Source: Lingula anatina (Eukaryota > Animalia > Brachiopoda). Taken from it: a stretch of DNA of 64,000 nt. Below are positions 23,635-36,500 of this stretch, piece after piece. Both the position numbers and the translations under genes were made by a program. The DNA lies in assembly GCA_051362555.1 (NCBI GenBank), contig CM120640.1, positions 13,082,001-13,146,000 of the forward strand. The letters are read 5' to 3'. Position 1 is the stretch's first letter; the number at the start of each line of letters is the position of its first letter. The notes beneath the pieces were generated by a model that was not told the DNA's origin, made no database searches, and was given only the letters and a program-made list of their open reading frames with translations.

Positions 23635-26600
23635 CTGAGAATGAAAACAATATAGAATTGTGCAGTGATTGAGAAGAACTATTAAGTGCACAGGTAAAAT
23701 GAAAGAGAGGTGCTTATATTTAGGTATCACAAGGGTAATACTTAAAATATTATCTTTTGGAAATGTGCAGATACAAAATTGTGTAGTTATACCATTTCCT
23801 TCAGGCATGAAAATACTGTTTTTGTTAATGCCATTAAACTTTGTTTAAAACAAGTTAAATGGCATTCATACCTTGATTGTATTTCCTATATGACAAAATA
23901 AACTCGTTTTCCTCCTTGGTCTCCACGCCCACCAGGTGGGACTTGGGGTGCAGCCCCTGGCAGTGGGCCTCTGCATTAGGCCAGTTGGCTGTCATGTTCA
24001 CAAACTTGTAGCAGGACAGGGCATAGCGGAAAAACCCATCTGGACACTCTGGGAGATATAATGAGAATATTGTATTTAAAACAATTGGTCATCGTGACTT
24101 GAAGTTTACTAATATTCTTTGCTGTTTTATTCTTGTAAATCAAAGGAGTACTTTTTTGAAAATCTGCAACAAGACCCATTATTAGATTCTATCAAGGGGA
24201 TGATTCATTGATTTTAGAGGAGGATTATTAGTCATTTGAAAAAAAAATCAGATTTTGTCTTTTCTCGTGTGACAGGAAATGTGAAAAGATAGAAATCTGC
24301 CTTCATTTTGTAGAATTATAATTTTATATTGCTGTAGTCTAAACCAAGCTTTTATTTAGCACGAATGTGAGGGAGTCAAGTGACATTGATAAAGAATACT
24401 AAAGAAAGTTTTTTAGGTGAAAAGAAATACTGATGTGATGTTTGGTCATATTGTAACATAAATTCAGTAAGATCTTTTTATCGATTGAGAAAACTTGCAG
24501 GTGGTTGTCATTGTTTAGAGGGTAGTGAACTGATTTGACAGTGAAATAACATCGGTATGTTTGAGGTGTGTGGTCCTTGAATTCTGTTTGTTGAAGTTAA
24601 CATGGGAAGTGCTTAAATGTCAGAACTAAGAAATACAGAATCTGATTGAGTCTTGACAGAATTGTCACTTGAACTTTATGATTCTGAATGCTCTTTGATT
24701 TTAATTAATATGTCTACTGCTGTGCAGAGAACAATGAAATGGAGAAAAGATTTATAATTTTGAACAAAAGATAAATGACGTGATCACAACAGTGGATGGA
24801 ATTGAATCTGCAAGTACAAAGGTACACAGCAGCTCACGCGAAGACAAAATGTGACGTGTCGTGCAGTAGTTAGATATTAAAGAGATTGCTACACCGTGCA
24901 CGCATACGTGTAGGAAATCACGTCGCGGTCATACACAAACATTCATTGTACTGCTGTAAGGTTACATGTGTTGTTACAAGTGTTTTGTCTTTGTAGGAGT
25001 AGAGTTAGCATGCAGACTGTGTATTAAACGTGTGTGAAGTGTCCTCTGCATTGTACAGGTGTCACACAGGTGCTGTTATGTCTGGAGCATTGCTAGGAGC
25101 TAAATTGAAAATTACAAAAAAGATGATATTTAGGTTCACATCCTGTTTCCTGTATAAATATAACAGTGAAAAGAAAAAAAAAAGAAAGAACACATTTACT
25201 CTTGAATCCTATAGAACTTTAAGAAATAGATGAAAATAAATAGCCAGGCAGCTGTTTGGGTAGACAGAGAACCAGTCTAACCAAAACTTACTAAGACCTC
25301 AGTTTCATGATATTGCTGAAAGGGATGTTAACTGCATGCCAAGAGTGGTATTTAGTTTGATGTGAAATGTTGTCATATTTTCATGATGGAGTTAAAACCT
25401 GTAACATATGCACACCAAGGTGCCCGAAATCCTTTCATCTGGCATACCATACCTAGGCTACCTGAACCTTGTCTCTGACCTTACGTAGCATTTATCATTG
25501 GTCATGCAACATCACAATTTATTTTGGATAGTAAATGTGTCCTTTTTCTATATTTGTTAACTGGCAGACTGACTGAGTGAAGAAATTGTGATTGATTACA
25601 TTTTTTAGATCTACCAGATGTGAACAGTTTGGGGACCTGAACCTTTTAAGTTACTCCAAAGCTATGGAGATATTTGGATGTTGCTATAGCTTTTTTACTT
25701 GAAGGAATTTGTAATTGAATAATCCCAAGTAATTTTTTATATATTTGTTATAGTACATTGTCTGCTACAATGTGGGCATCACTTTTAAGAGAGTGGAAAC
25801 ATTTTGCAATTAACATAGCTGAAGTGGAAGCATATTTTCGGTATTATGATGAGAAAAAGAAAAAAAATCGATATTAAAGAGAAAGAAAGAAGAACAAAAT
25901 CAAGGGACTTAATTATCAATGTAGTATAAGGAAGAAAATGAGTATTTTAGCTTGATTTGCTTATGACCAGTACAGTTCAGATAGACGTATGGGTGGTCAC
26001 TTAGCTCTTTGACCAGAGATTGAGTAAGTGCAAATGTCATCTGGTATGGTGACATTCTAAAAGCAACTGTCTGCCTTGAGTTTGACTTTGCCTGTGCATG
26101 TGGTCATGTACTTGTTGTTAAGCGAAATAAAGAGTAGAATTTGCACTTGGCTATCAATAAACCCTTCAATTGCCTGGTATCAGACATCAAACAACTCCCA
26201 CCAGTTAACATAAGTGTGCACACTTAACTCTCACTCATTACTGGGTGTTCACACGTGGTCCTGGCACTGTGGCTCACAATCTCCTCTACAAAACTACTTC
26301 AACTACTCGAACTTGCTGTTATGGAATTGTGAGTGCTACCACACAAATTGGATAAGCTTGTGTTGTTTTTTAAAATGTGTTCTAAAGGTGGAGCATTGAA
26401 AATGAATGTTTGTTAACTAAGTTATAGGAGTATTGAAATGCACTTTTGTTTGAGATAAGCTGAGTGATTTTGAAATATTTGAAACATTTCCACTTTAGAT
26501 TGATGTCAAATTTTAAGCATAGAGGCCAGCCACAAAGACTTTTTCGCAATAAAACGTTAAAAACTTAAAGTAAATTATTTTCATAGCAATTTGATCACCA

Positions 26601-28413
26601 GAGTATCGAACTTGCTATGAAAAGTTCTAAATGGTTTGTATGCTTCGTGGAACTTCTTAAGTACACAAGAGCAGTACTTTGTATTTCCTTGTTATGGCTA
26701 GTGGTCATGAGAGAGTGAAAGTGATGGTAAGTGGCAGTAAGAAGTTGTCATTCCTATGGGAAGTGTCATAATTATTGCCGACAGCCGGAAATCTCCTCCC
26801 TCCTTTAAAAAAAGGAATGTTTTGAAAACACAGACTATTAAAATAAATGAATAAAATATATTTCTGCATTATCAAAATAAGGCACCATTTGTACATTGTA
26901 ATGTGATGTTTTTTGCTGAAATTGTTTGCTGAGAGATTTCCCATTGTTGCGTGGACAGGTAGTATGGTATTTTTGATGTTTTTATGTTCTGTGCTTACAC
27001 AGTAATATGGGCTGTTACACAAATTGCGGTGATCCATGTCCATTTTGATTTTTGTGCAGGGTGTCCTATGACTCCATGTCAACACATAGTATTGTTGATT
27101 GTGACATTTCATGTGACTCACATTAAAACAGAGGCACAAGGAAGCCTACCCAGAGATTCTTTGCTCATGTACGAAGCTCTTATACATGGTTTACTGACTA
27201 CTGTGTCTGTGGAGTTTATTACAGCAGTGACTAGCAGTTTGTAGACCATTGTAGTTATGATATAGAGGACATCTAAATAAAATGTTTAAAGTGGAAACCT
27301 GATTTTTAATAACTGTGGTAGTATTAAATGGCTTTCTGAAAGCATTAAAACAAAAGATTCGGTCATTCCCCCTACACATTTATAGGATGCTAGTGGTCAT
27401 GAGAGAGAGCTAGAAGTTTGGGACAAAAAGTGTCGCCTTTAAGTCTGATATTATAAAAGATGTGTTATTAAGAATGGTAATACTGATACCGCACCTTTCT
27501 TGGGTTCCACTGGCTGCAGTTCCTGTGGCTTGCTGATCATCCTGAACACAGCATCCTCCACCCACTGCATCCTTGCCTGCAGCGCCTTGGTAGTGTCCTC
27601 CTGCGCCACTAGCATCTGCTCCTTATCGTGCAGCTTCCTCATCAGTGTCTTCACCTCCTGGTCCTTTTGTGCCAACTCCTTCATGTCCTTCTCCACACGC
27701 TTTTCAAGATGGTGCACCTTCTTGGAGAGGCTGTGGTACTTGGTGTTGGTGTACTCGTGGAGCTCGTCAGTGATGTTTAATGCTTTCTCTTCCAGTTTTT
27801 CCAACATTTTCTTCTCCATGTCAGCAGGTTGAGGGGAATCCATGGGTTTGGTAGACACGCGGCCGGTTTGGACGCTGGAGGCCACTTGGGCCTCGGCATA
27901 GGTGGTGTCACCAACATCATTCTGCCGCTGCTGTTTTAGTTTCTGGATATTCTGTTGGAATTTTTTCACTCTGTGCAGCTCCCTCTGTAACTTTTTTAGC
28001 AGCTCTTCCAGGGTGTGAATTGATTTACCGTATTGATAACTTGTGTGTAAGAGCTGTATCACAGAGCTCTGGACCTCCTCGACAATCAGGCACTGCCTGT
28101 CTTTGTAATTATTTATAGTGTCAATGGCATTTTTAGGTTCCCCTGCGATCTCTGCATTTCCATCAGTTTCAAAGAAATTAAACTGTTTGAGCTTGAGGGG
28201 CTCTTCTTCTAGATTTATCTTCTGCAAGTCTAGATATGACTGTTGCGAGTCACTGCTGCCTTGGTCTTTTTGTGTGTGGGATAGAAACCTTGAATTTGCT
28301 TTGTTTTCATGTTTTGTGTGACTCTTACTGTTGCCATGCCTGGCTGAAGAAAGGTGTAGGCATATGAAGAGTAGCAGACAGATGTTGAAACGCCTCCTGT
28401 TCGGAATTGCCAT
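23387..28413 (-). CDS. Secreted coiled-coil + C-type lectin domain protein (lectin A), join(27495..28413, 23872..24048, 23387..23634), 447 aa
   Basis: 919+177+248 nt join in frame across phase-1 GT-AG introns. N-terminal hydrophobic signal (FNICLLLFICLHLSSA), a long E/K/Q/L-rich heptad-like stalk, and a long-form CTLD: CPDGFFRYALSCY...W...C...HLV...EENEFI...WTGGTD...EGDWRW...W..EPN...C...WDDWNC...FVCE. Confidence 0.9.
23872..24048 (-). CDS. Lectin A CTLD exon (N-half)
   Basis: ctcccag| ECPDGFFRYALSCYKFVNMTANWPNAEAHCQGLHPKSHLVGVETKEENEFILSYRKYNQ G|gtatga. Confidence 0.92.
27495..28413 (-). CDS. Lectin A exon 1 (signal peptide + coiled-coil stalk)
   Basis: Part of the 320-aa ORF. Donor AAG|gtgcgg gives the phase 1 required by the next exon. 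An acceptor tttcag at 28514 upstream of the ATG implies a 5'UTR intron. Confidence 0.82.
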
Positions 28414-29041
28414 TGTTTTCTGGATGAAATGAATGTGTCACTTTTGAACTATAGTCCAATGTTTAACCTCCTCGGGTGAATCTGGCCTAGCTCATCATCT
28501 GTGGCCTCAGCAGCTGAAATATGTAAAGTAAATATAATTAGAATATGATAGAAACGATTAACTTATTCAAAGGACTTTTGATTTTGTGAATTTAAAGAAG
28601 AAAAATAACTTAAGTTTTTCATATAGATTTCTTTTTTATGAAAGTTGCATAAATTGAATATTCTTCATGTTTTTAAAGATGCTGTGATCACAGTGCTGCA
28701 AATTTGATGGCACAATACTGATAACTGCTATTCATCATGCCATCTTTGTAATAAAATGAAAAGATATAATATACCAGTTCATGTAAAAGTGAAGGGAAAC
28801 ACTTAGGAATTTGTATCTGCTGTCAACTTAATTCTAGGGAAACCTCATAAATTAAAAAAAAAAAACATAAATAAAACTATTAAAAAAGCAAACACTCAGC
28901 ACAAAAAAAAAAAAAGAATCTACAGACATAAACGCTTAACAATTTCAGCATATTACATGTTGCTTTCTGTAAATAAATGATGCATTCCCTAACAATACTG
29001 ATGTATGACTTAACAATACATTGCTCTAACAGCAACAGTAC

Positions 29042-29247
29042 CTTGGCTTAAGCAAGCAACTAGTAAAGTTAAGAAACAGCCAAGCTGCCTTCATCAGCAA
29101 AAATCTCCCATTTGCGCTACCATTTGCACTAACGCCTATTCCAACACAGCACATGCATGCCGGTTGAGACGAACTTACATGGTGTTGCCTTTGTGTAACT
29201 GCAGTACGTGTCTGTCACATAGCAGCGGAAGATAACACATATTTATA
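29042..29247 (-). promoter_or_regulatory. Candidate TATA box (TATAAAT, 29241-29247) and non-coding first exon of lectin A
   Basis: Minus-strand TATAAAT followed about 200 nt later by donor AAG|gtactg at 29042, which could splice to the acceptor at 28514. Confidence 0.3.
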
Positions 29248-30284
29248 AGGAAACTGTGCACCACTGGATTGGATGCCAGTATAACTGAGGTAGGTATGAA
29301 CCAATTGTCTTTAACCCAGTGACACCGCTTAATGCCGAGAGCAAGAGTAGGGGCAAGTAAGTATCAGATTGTGATTGGGCAATGAATACGATTTATGTTG
29401 AAATCATGTAAGATAATGCCATAATAACTGAAGGCGGGCAAAGTGTGTGTAGTCTGGTGTTTAACCCGTGATGTGCTTGATTTGTTTTTGGTTTAAACCT
29501 TTTTAATGCCTGGGTTTCCTCATGGTGGATGCCCTTTCTCCACAACTGAATGTCTGGTGTTAAGTTGGCTCTCTTACTCAGGTACAATGCTAATGGTCTG
29601 AGTGTCACCTTTCTGGTCCCCCCATTTAGGACAACACATTAAGTATTCTTATTTTGGGAAATGGATAACACTGAAGAACTGGAAAAAAAGTCATAGAATA
29701 AAAAAAGACAGCTATAAAATGAATCCAAACCATCCTTTCCTTGTGATGTTTTTCTCAATAGTGTTAAAAAACAGGTCATTTTGTTGATCATCAGAACAGT
29801 ATTGAGAATGTATATGCTGACAAGAAAAGTATTTTTGTTCTGTCTTAAACATTTTCAAACATATATTGCATTTGGATTTGAAAATGGTCAGTTCTTTGCC
29901 CTTATTGACCCTACTGGTGTTCGTGAAATGAAACAAAAGAGGAAGCATGTTTTGTTTAAAGTCCGGTGATTTAAGTGCAACCAGAAGTGAAGGTCACAAT
30001 AATTTCTGTATGATTTCACTGTCAGTGTCACAGGTTGTAGCCTGAACACACAATGCAAGTTGACATCCTGTGTATTTACAAGCTGGGACTGCTGCTGGGA
30101 TCTGTCTCTGAGATAACCTCCATGTTGTTGAAGTTTTCTTTTGGTGACATACAATCCACAATACTTACGGTGACTCTGAGATACATAAACAGTTCATTAT
30201 GTAAATCTGAAAGTGAAGTAAAGCTAAACTGATCTGCAAATGACTTTGGCTGGTTGATTAATTATTTAATGAATTTTGGTTTCT

Positions 30285-30291
<7 letters not shown>

Positions 30292-30332
<41 letters not shown>
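30292..30332. repeat. (CT)n microsatellite
   Basis: About 20 CT units. Confidence 0.95.
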
Positions 30333-30340
<8 letters not shown>

Positions 30341-31599
30341 CTTAAGAACTGATGGCCTCATGGTTAAATTACTTGTTATAGTGGAGAAAAGGATTTGAAG
30401 AACATTTTGATTTGAAACTTGCTGCCAAAGGTTGTTTAAAAAGGTAAATGTTTTTATTGCAATTCTTTGTAGGTATAAACAGGACATTGAAAAAGGCTCA
30501 ATTCATGAAAAAATGTTTTATGCAGTTATTTGGTTTTTAGATTCAAGGTCACATATGAAGTTGTAGAGCGAGCTATAAACTATTAAAAGTAAAGCATTAA
30601 TCAAAGGATCTTGAACTTGGAGCAAGTGGGCAAAAAGGAATGTTCAATTAAGCCCATTATTTTCTCACTCAGAGTCAACTCCAATTACACAAACTTGTGA
30701 AAGGCAAGAAGAGATTGTGCCATTACTTTGAAATAATCACCAAACATGAGCACTTATCCATATCTTTCCCAATGTCTGTCACAAGAGAAGTATTTCCTTT
30801 AAATCCTGGGCGTAACTTACGTGCATTCTTGCATGCATAAGTTATATATTCTGTCATGTTGTTGACTGTCCTGTATCACAGGCCTTTGTCTTATCATGCT
30901 TACAGTTTCTTTTTACTAGCACAATTTTTAATGTATTCGTCATTTCTGACTAATCAATGTTTTTTTTCTGATTGGCTGGGTTACTGAATGAAGAATACAC
31001 CCTATACATAATTATGTTTATTATTATTATTATTATTTTTTTTTTTTTTGCTCTGACAATTTTCATTGGGCACCAAATTTAGCAGCTCAGGAGATCAATC
31101 AGCCATCAGAAAAGAAGTTAACAAAGCTGAATTAAACCGATGTCTTATAGTTTATAATGATTTCCAGTGAACAAAAAACTTACTGAATTTTAAGTGTCTG
31201 TTCTGTCTTATTCTGGTGTGGTCATATCTCTAAGCTGTATCATATGTCTCTTTATTTTTTATCTATTAAATCTTTGAAAAGAGAATCCCAATATCTAGAC
31301 AAAAAAAGAAGAGAAAAGAAAATGTTAAAAAGTATAAAGAGGAATAGAAACAGATGAAAGAATAATGATATATAAGTGCTTTCAATTTTGTCAGTATAAA
31401 AAAATAGATGAGCCATATCAGTGTATGGAGTATTGCTGAACTGATTGCTGTGAGCTAGAGGGAGGTCAGTGACGCCCTCACATATCATAACCAGTAAGTC
31501 TGACCTAATTTATTTTGTGTTCCAGCAGTCAGTTACCTAATATTATTATATCACTGATAACTATGGTGCAAAAGATAAAATACAACTAGATAGAAGGAA

Positions 31600-33130
31600 G
31601 GGATTCAGACTTTTTATCTTGCTACCAATGTGCAGAGAGTGCAAAGATTTTGAGAATAACTTTTCCACTGAAGGGACAGTTGATAGAAACTCAATCACTT
31701 CTCCTGAGCCTAGCTGATAGGGGACAAGAAGTTTATCTGGTTACTGGTGAGCATGTTGCTGTTAAACCGCTGGAGGTTGTGGTGGACAGCAAGGTACAAA
31801 TACTGGCTTTCAAAACTCGGTCTGCAGATGCCATGAAGTTTGAAAAACCAGAGACACAAAAAATAGATTGCTGGCCTGTTTCAATGACCCCATTGAGAAA
31901 ATGATCCCGCGCAAACAGGCAAAATATGTAGAAAAGACAAGAGAAATTGTTTTTACAGAGTTTATAGAAGCCATGTTGAGGGATACAAAATTTCACAAAA
32001 GAATTGAAGATCTGAGAGTGGACATGGTCATTTTGCACAACTGTGGTTCGTTCTTCCCAACAGCATATCTGCTTCCTTACAAACAGAGTCTGTGCTATAT
32101 CACTACATCCTTTTTTCCTATACCAATATCTGGGATACTGCTTCTTCCTTCAGTGATACCACATCCACTCAGCCCATTCTCAGATGAGATGACATTCCTA
32201 CAACGTACAACAAATCTACTGATGTTTAAAATTGCTTGCTAAAATTCCTAACAAATACTACACTGCATATTTACTAGGAAAAGCAATTACAAGTTCAAGT
32301 GAGTAAATGGCTCTGTCTGAATTATTTGCCGTGACAGGGAAACAATATCCTGAACTATCCCCCCCATAACAGTGCCTAATGTCATTCTTGCTGGGGGAGT
32401 GAATACCAGACCTGGAAAGCCTCTGAACAGAGAACTGCAGTCTTTCATGGATAGTCATGAAGAAGGTGTCATTGTCACCTTTGGGTCATGGGCTACCGAT
32501 TTTCCTACCCACATCACTGACAAGATGCTGGAAGCTTTTGCACAAGATAAGTGTGGAGTCATCTGGAGAGTTACCAGCACCAAGCCTGATCAGGTTCCTT
32601 TACTTGTGGAACTTTTACCATGGATTCCATAGAATAATGTCTTGGCTCGTCCCAATATATAAACATAAATATAATACAAAGCTGTTCCTAAGCCACTGTG
32701 GCAATGGAGGGTCACATGAAGCTCTTTACCATGGCATTCCAATACTTGGGTTCCCTCTTTTTGTAGATCAAGTTTTCAATGGCAGCAGAGCTCATAACAA
32801 GGGAATAGCAAAATTATGAATATTTTAGATTTCACTTATACTGAACTGATAAATAATATCAAGGATGTGATTGAGAACAGTATTTATATTACGATGATCA
32901 CAAAGAAGTTATCTGGCATTTATCGTAATCAGCCTATGACTTCACAACAACTGTTCACCTCCTGGATTGAGCTGCATTATCCTGGAACACGTATGCCATG
33001 GTATCAATACTACCTTGTGGATGTGGCCATCTTTGTTTTGTGTATCATTGATAATTTATATTACTTGCTTTGTCTTTGTAAACTGCGCTGTACAAAGGGA
33101 AAAAAGTACCTAACAAGATTAAAACATGAT
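31600..33130 (+). pseudogene. UDP-glucuronosyltransferase/UDP-glycosyltransferase (GT1) pseudogene, intronless coding region
   Basis: Successive fragments in shifting frames: ESAKILRITFP..LADRGQEVYLVT, PFSDEMTFLQRTTN, PNVILAGG..RPGKPL..ELQSFMD, VIVTFGS, WIP*NNVLA, FLSHCGNGGSHEALYHGIPILGFPLFVDQ (UGT signature), WYQYYLVDVAIFVL (TM). In-frame stops at 32240-42 and 32630-32; several frameshifts. Boundaries approximate. Confidence 0.88.
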
Positions 33131-33357
33131 AATTCAAGGAAGCCTTTACCAGAAAAAAGAAAATCTTATCCTTTGTCCTCATTTGTTTGTAAGCAAATCT
33201 GGTTCTCCCCCCCCCCCCCCCCAAAAAAAAAAAAAAAAAAAAATTAAGTAATATATTTCAGGGTATATAACCTGAAGTGAACCTGCTACGCCATGCATAA
33301 AATTTCCTTGAAACCCAACTTACAATACTCCCATTGGATTACTAGACTAAATAACCT

Positions 33358-33517
33358 AGGCCCGTAGCCAGCAACTTCAAAAGGGGGGATCTTTTTCTGA
33401 AAAAGTGGACCTTTTTTCCATAAAAACTTTATGAACCTAGATCAAATTTTACCCAGAGTGGGCCTTTTCCCACCACAAGGGGCGGTCCTTTCGAACCCCC
33501 GAACCCCCCCTAGCCTG
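33358..33517. mobile_element. Short GC-rich MITE-like element with a degenerate right end
   Basis: Starts AGGCCCGTAGCCAG with a G-run and ends TTCGAACCCCCGAACCCCCCCTAGCCTG, a partial inverted complement; sharp compositional contrast with the flanks. Confidence 0.4.
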
Positions 33518-36500
33518 TAACCAGTTATATGCAAAAAGGTTTTTGTTGTTTTATTATTCCTACTAGCTGAGATTACTAATTATTATCAGTATGTTAAGAT
33601 TTCCTTATTTTGTACTTGGTTTTATATTATTTACAATATTCAAAATGAATATAATGTTTATTTTTACATTTGTGTGTACACTTAGTGGCAGTAACCGTAT
33701 TTCAAAATGACTCAGTTTTGTGAAAATTAATAAACTATAAAATCTACCTGTGATTTACCTGACAGATTAGTCTTATCCTCCAGGGATTCAGTGTATGAGG
33801 TTCAACTCTATTGACATGAAAAGTAGATTATGTATACATGTCTTATTGTATCAGTCAGTCACTTATATACTGTTGGTGGAATTTCATGAGCAAGGGAGTC
33901 GTGCCTGGTAAAACTAAACCTGGGGTTATCATTTTAATTAAAATATGCTGGTAAGGGCTCATTTTATTATGGCTCATACTGGACACTAAGAAGAAAAATT
34001 AATATCAAATTACTTTTAAGCAGTTTGAATTGACCACACCTTGAGGTTAAGATGTTTTGCTGATGTTGTTAAATGGAAGCCTCGTATTACAGCAAGCTGT
34101 GAGATGGGGAAAAATACACCTCCAGACATGGCCGTAGCAAGACAAACACTGGAACACTAGAACAGCCGTGAGTTTTTTTAATGAATCTATTCACTGTTCA
34201 TCAGAGATTAATCATGTTTTGGTGGAAACCAATCAGCACCTATTTTTGTATTTACTGCCACAAGGATGATTTATGAGATTTTGTTACTACCAATGTTCTC
34301 AGGTTCTCAGGTTCTTTTGAATCTTTGACCAAAAGTTTGACTTCTCAGCAGATGGAAATAATAAGATGGAGAAGGATTTCATCTGTTTTGCAACCTTTTT
34401 GAAATTTTGAAAAATTTCGCTAAGGTCACATATAATTTTATTTCCAGCACATTCTTTTGTTATATCCAGGTTGGATGTCTGGCATTTTGGTGTGAATTTC
34501 TATTTTACAGTAATAAAAACTGCTCTGATGTCAACAGACAGACAAGTCGTTTTATCCTTTTGCAAGGACTTGGCACCTCCACTTGTAGTTATTCTGGGTC
34601 CTGGTTTTTGTTGTATCTAAATACCTCTTAAGTCTGGGGTTTTAGTGTGTTTTTGTTGTAGTAATAGATATTTTCTTTTGATACCTATATTTCGTCTCCA
34701 GTTAAGTAATCATCTTGCCACTCGATCCACTGCTTGCAATTGGTAACGCCTTCCTTACAAACTACAACTGTATCATTGGCAGACTAGACTATAGATGAGA
34801 GCATTTGTCATTCGCTTCATGACTCAACGGCAATTATCAGTTCGTTACTTTATTGCTTTATTTTTATTTATATTTACAGAGGGTTTATATGGGCTTGTTA
34901 AGAACTGTGGCCTGGCCTTAAAGGGAGTTCATAGAGATATTTCCATGGGCGTGGTTATGACTGCCTCACTGGTAAAATAGACTGCGTGAAGTTGATTTAA
35001 GGATCTTGGTCTACGAAAATTTCACAACTGATTGAACACCTTTGGAAGGTTAGCCATTTACTGTTAGTTTGTTAGCTCCCCCCCTCCCCCCCCCCCCCCC
35101 CCCCCACGCACGCACGCACATTCCTTTGTATAAGAGATACCTGTATAGCCTTTCAATAATCTGTAATATAACTTGATATATAAGATGAAAATGCCAAATA
35201 AAATACTGAATAGGGTGTTGTAGATTTCAAAAACAAGGAACTGCAGGAGCCACTAGTTGTAAATGATTGTTATCATCAATAAAGATATCATGTTACCAGT
35301 AGAAAAGAACATAGCTGTTGGATGTCCAGATATTGATAGGGAAGATGAAGTTTTTGATTGATCAGCCTTACAGTATTTTTTACCTAAAGAACATATGTAG
35401 GGAACCCAATTCAAAATGAAAAACGACCTGTGTACATTTGTAAACATGTATCAGAGAACTGATTTAACTCCTCTACAAAAGTTAAACAATGTTTTATAAG
35501 TTACCACTGCCCATGTTCTATGTACCTGCGTGACTGTGTCTGTTCAAATGAATACACTGCTATACAATACAATACAAAAAAAAATCATTTTGATTGCCTG
35601 TAAAGTAAAATTGTAAAATCCCATTTGGCATAAATACACAAAAATAACTGGCCAAATATATTATAACCTATATATTGTCAACCTATTATATATATTTGCT
35701 AAAGAATCTCATACAACTCAGGATGGAGAAGATATATATATATATTGTTCATAAAAGATGTCACTGAATATGATAGTAAGATCTGTTTATTTGATTGTTG
35801 TACCAGTGTTTAATTAAAATTGCTAAATATTTTAAAAATTTTACTGATCACTTTTTGAAGTTATCACTGTGACAATGATATATAATTCAAAGATTTACAT
35901 AATTTTTTAAATAATGGTAATGTCTAATTACATTTTGAAATAGGAGCTTAAAACAAGAAATCCAAGAGCGTCAGTGAAATTTGGATGTTCACAGGTATGG
36001 GACAGAGGGTGAAATCAGTCATTTTGATGGGTCTTGATTATGATCACCATGGTTATCTGGAACCAATCCACCACTCTGTTAGCAAAATTTCCAAAAATAT
36101 AAATCTCGTAATTGCTTCCCCAATTCACTGCTTATCCAGATAACCTAAACAAGTGTAAAAGGGGCTATAAAGATCTCAGATTCAGGTGCAGTGTTGAAAG
36201 ATTTTGAGAAAGTGGATAATCCATCCAAGAGTAGCAAATCAAACTGAGGAAAAAAATGAGTGCGTAAATCCAGTGTGACTATGTTGAGGGATGGTTGCTA
36301 TTATGAAAAAGGGGGGCAGGGGGGTGCCTTCGTTGATACACATGTCACAGGGGCAGATTGAGGCGGTCTTCTAGGTCTTCCAGAAGACGGTCAGACTTTC
36401 AAGTTTACATTGACTGGTATCTATTTTTTTTCCTGTCAGAAGACGGTCAAAAATGGAGGATAGATCAACAAAGATAATTTGGAAGACTGTCAGAAAATAT

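Noticed and set aside
26705-27244. 144-aa and 86-aa ORFs in lectin A intron 1
   Set aside because: No domain motifs and no splice support; consistent with chance ORFs.
27500-28321. Plus-strand ORFs of 110 aa and 67 aa
   Set aside because: Antisense shadows of lectin A exon 1; S/F/C-rich and not protein-like.
29250-29370. Resemblance to a mollusc SINE core (TTAATGCCGAG..CAAG..GGCAAG..AGTA)
   Set aside because: The similarity is from memory only and weak; no tRNA-derived A/B boxes or TSD visible.
33207-33243. C16-A21 run as the poly(A) tail of a processed UGT pseudogene
   Set aside because: No upstream AATAAA or TSD, and similar C and A runs are common elsewhere in the window; kept only as an alternative hypothesis.
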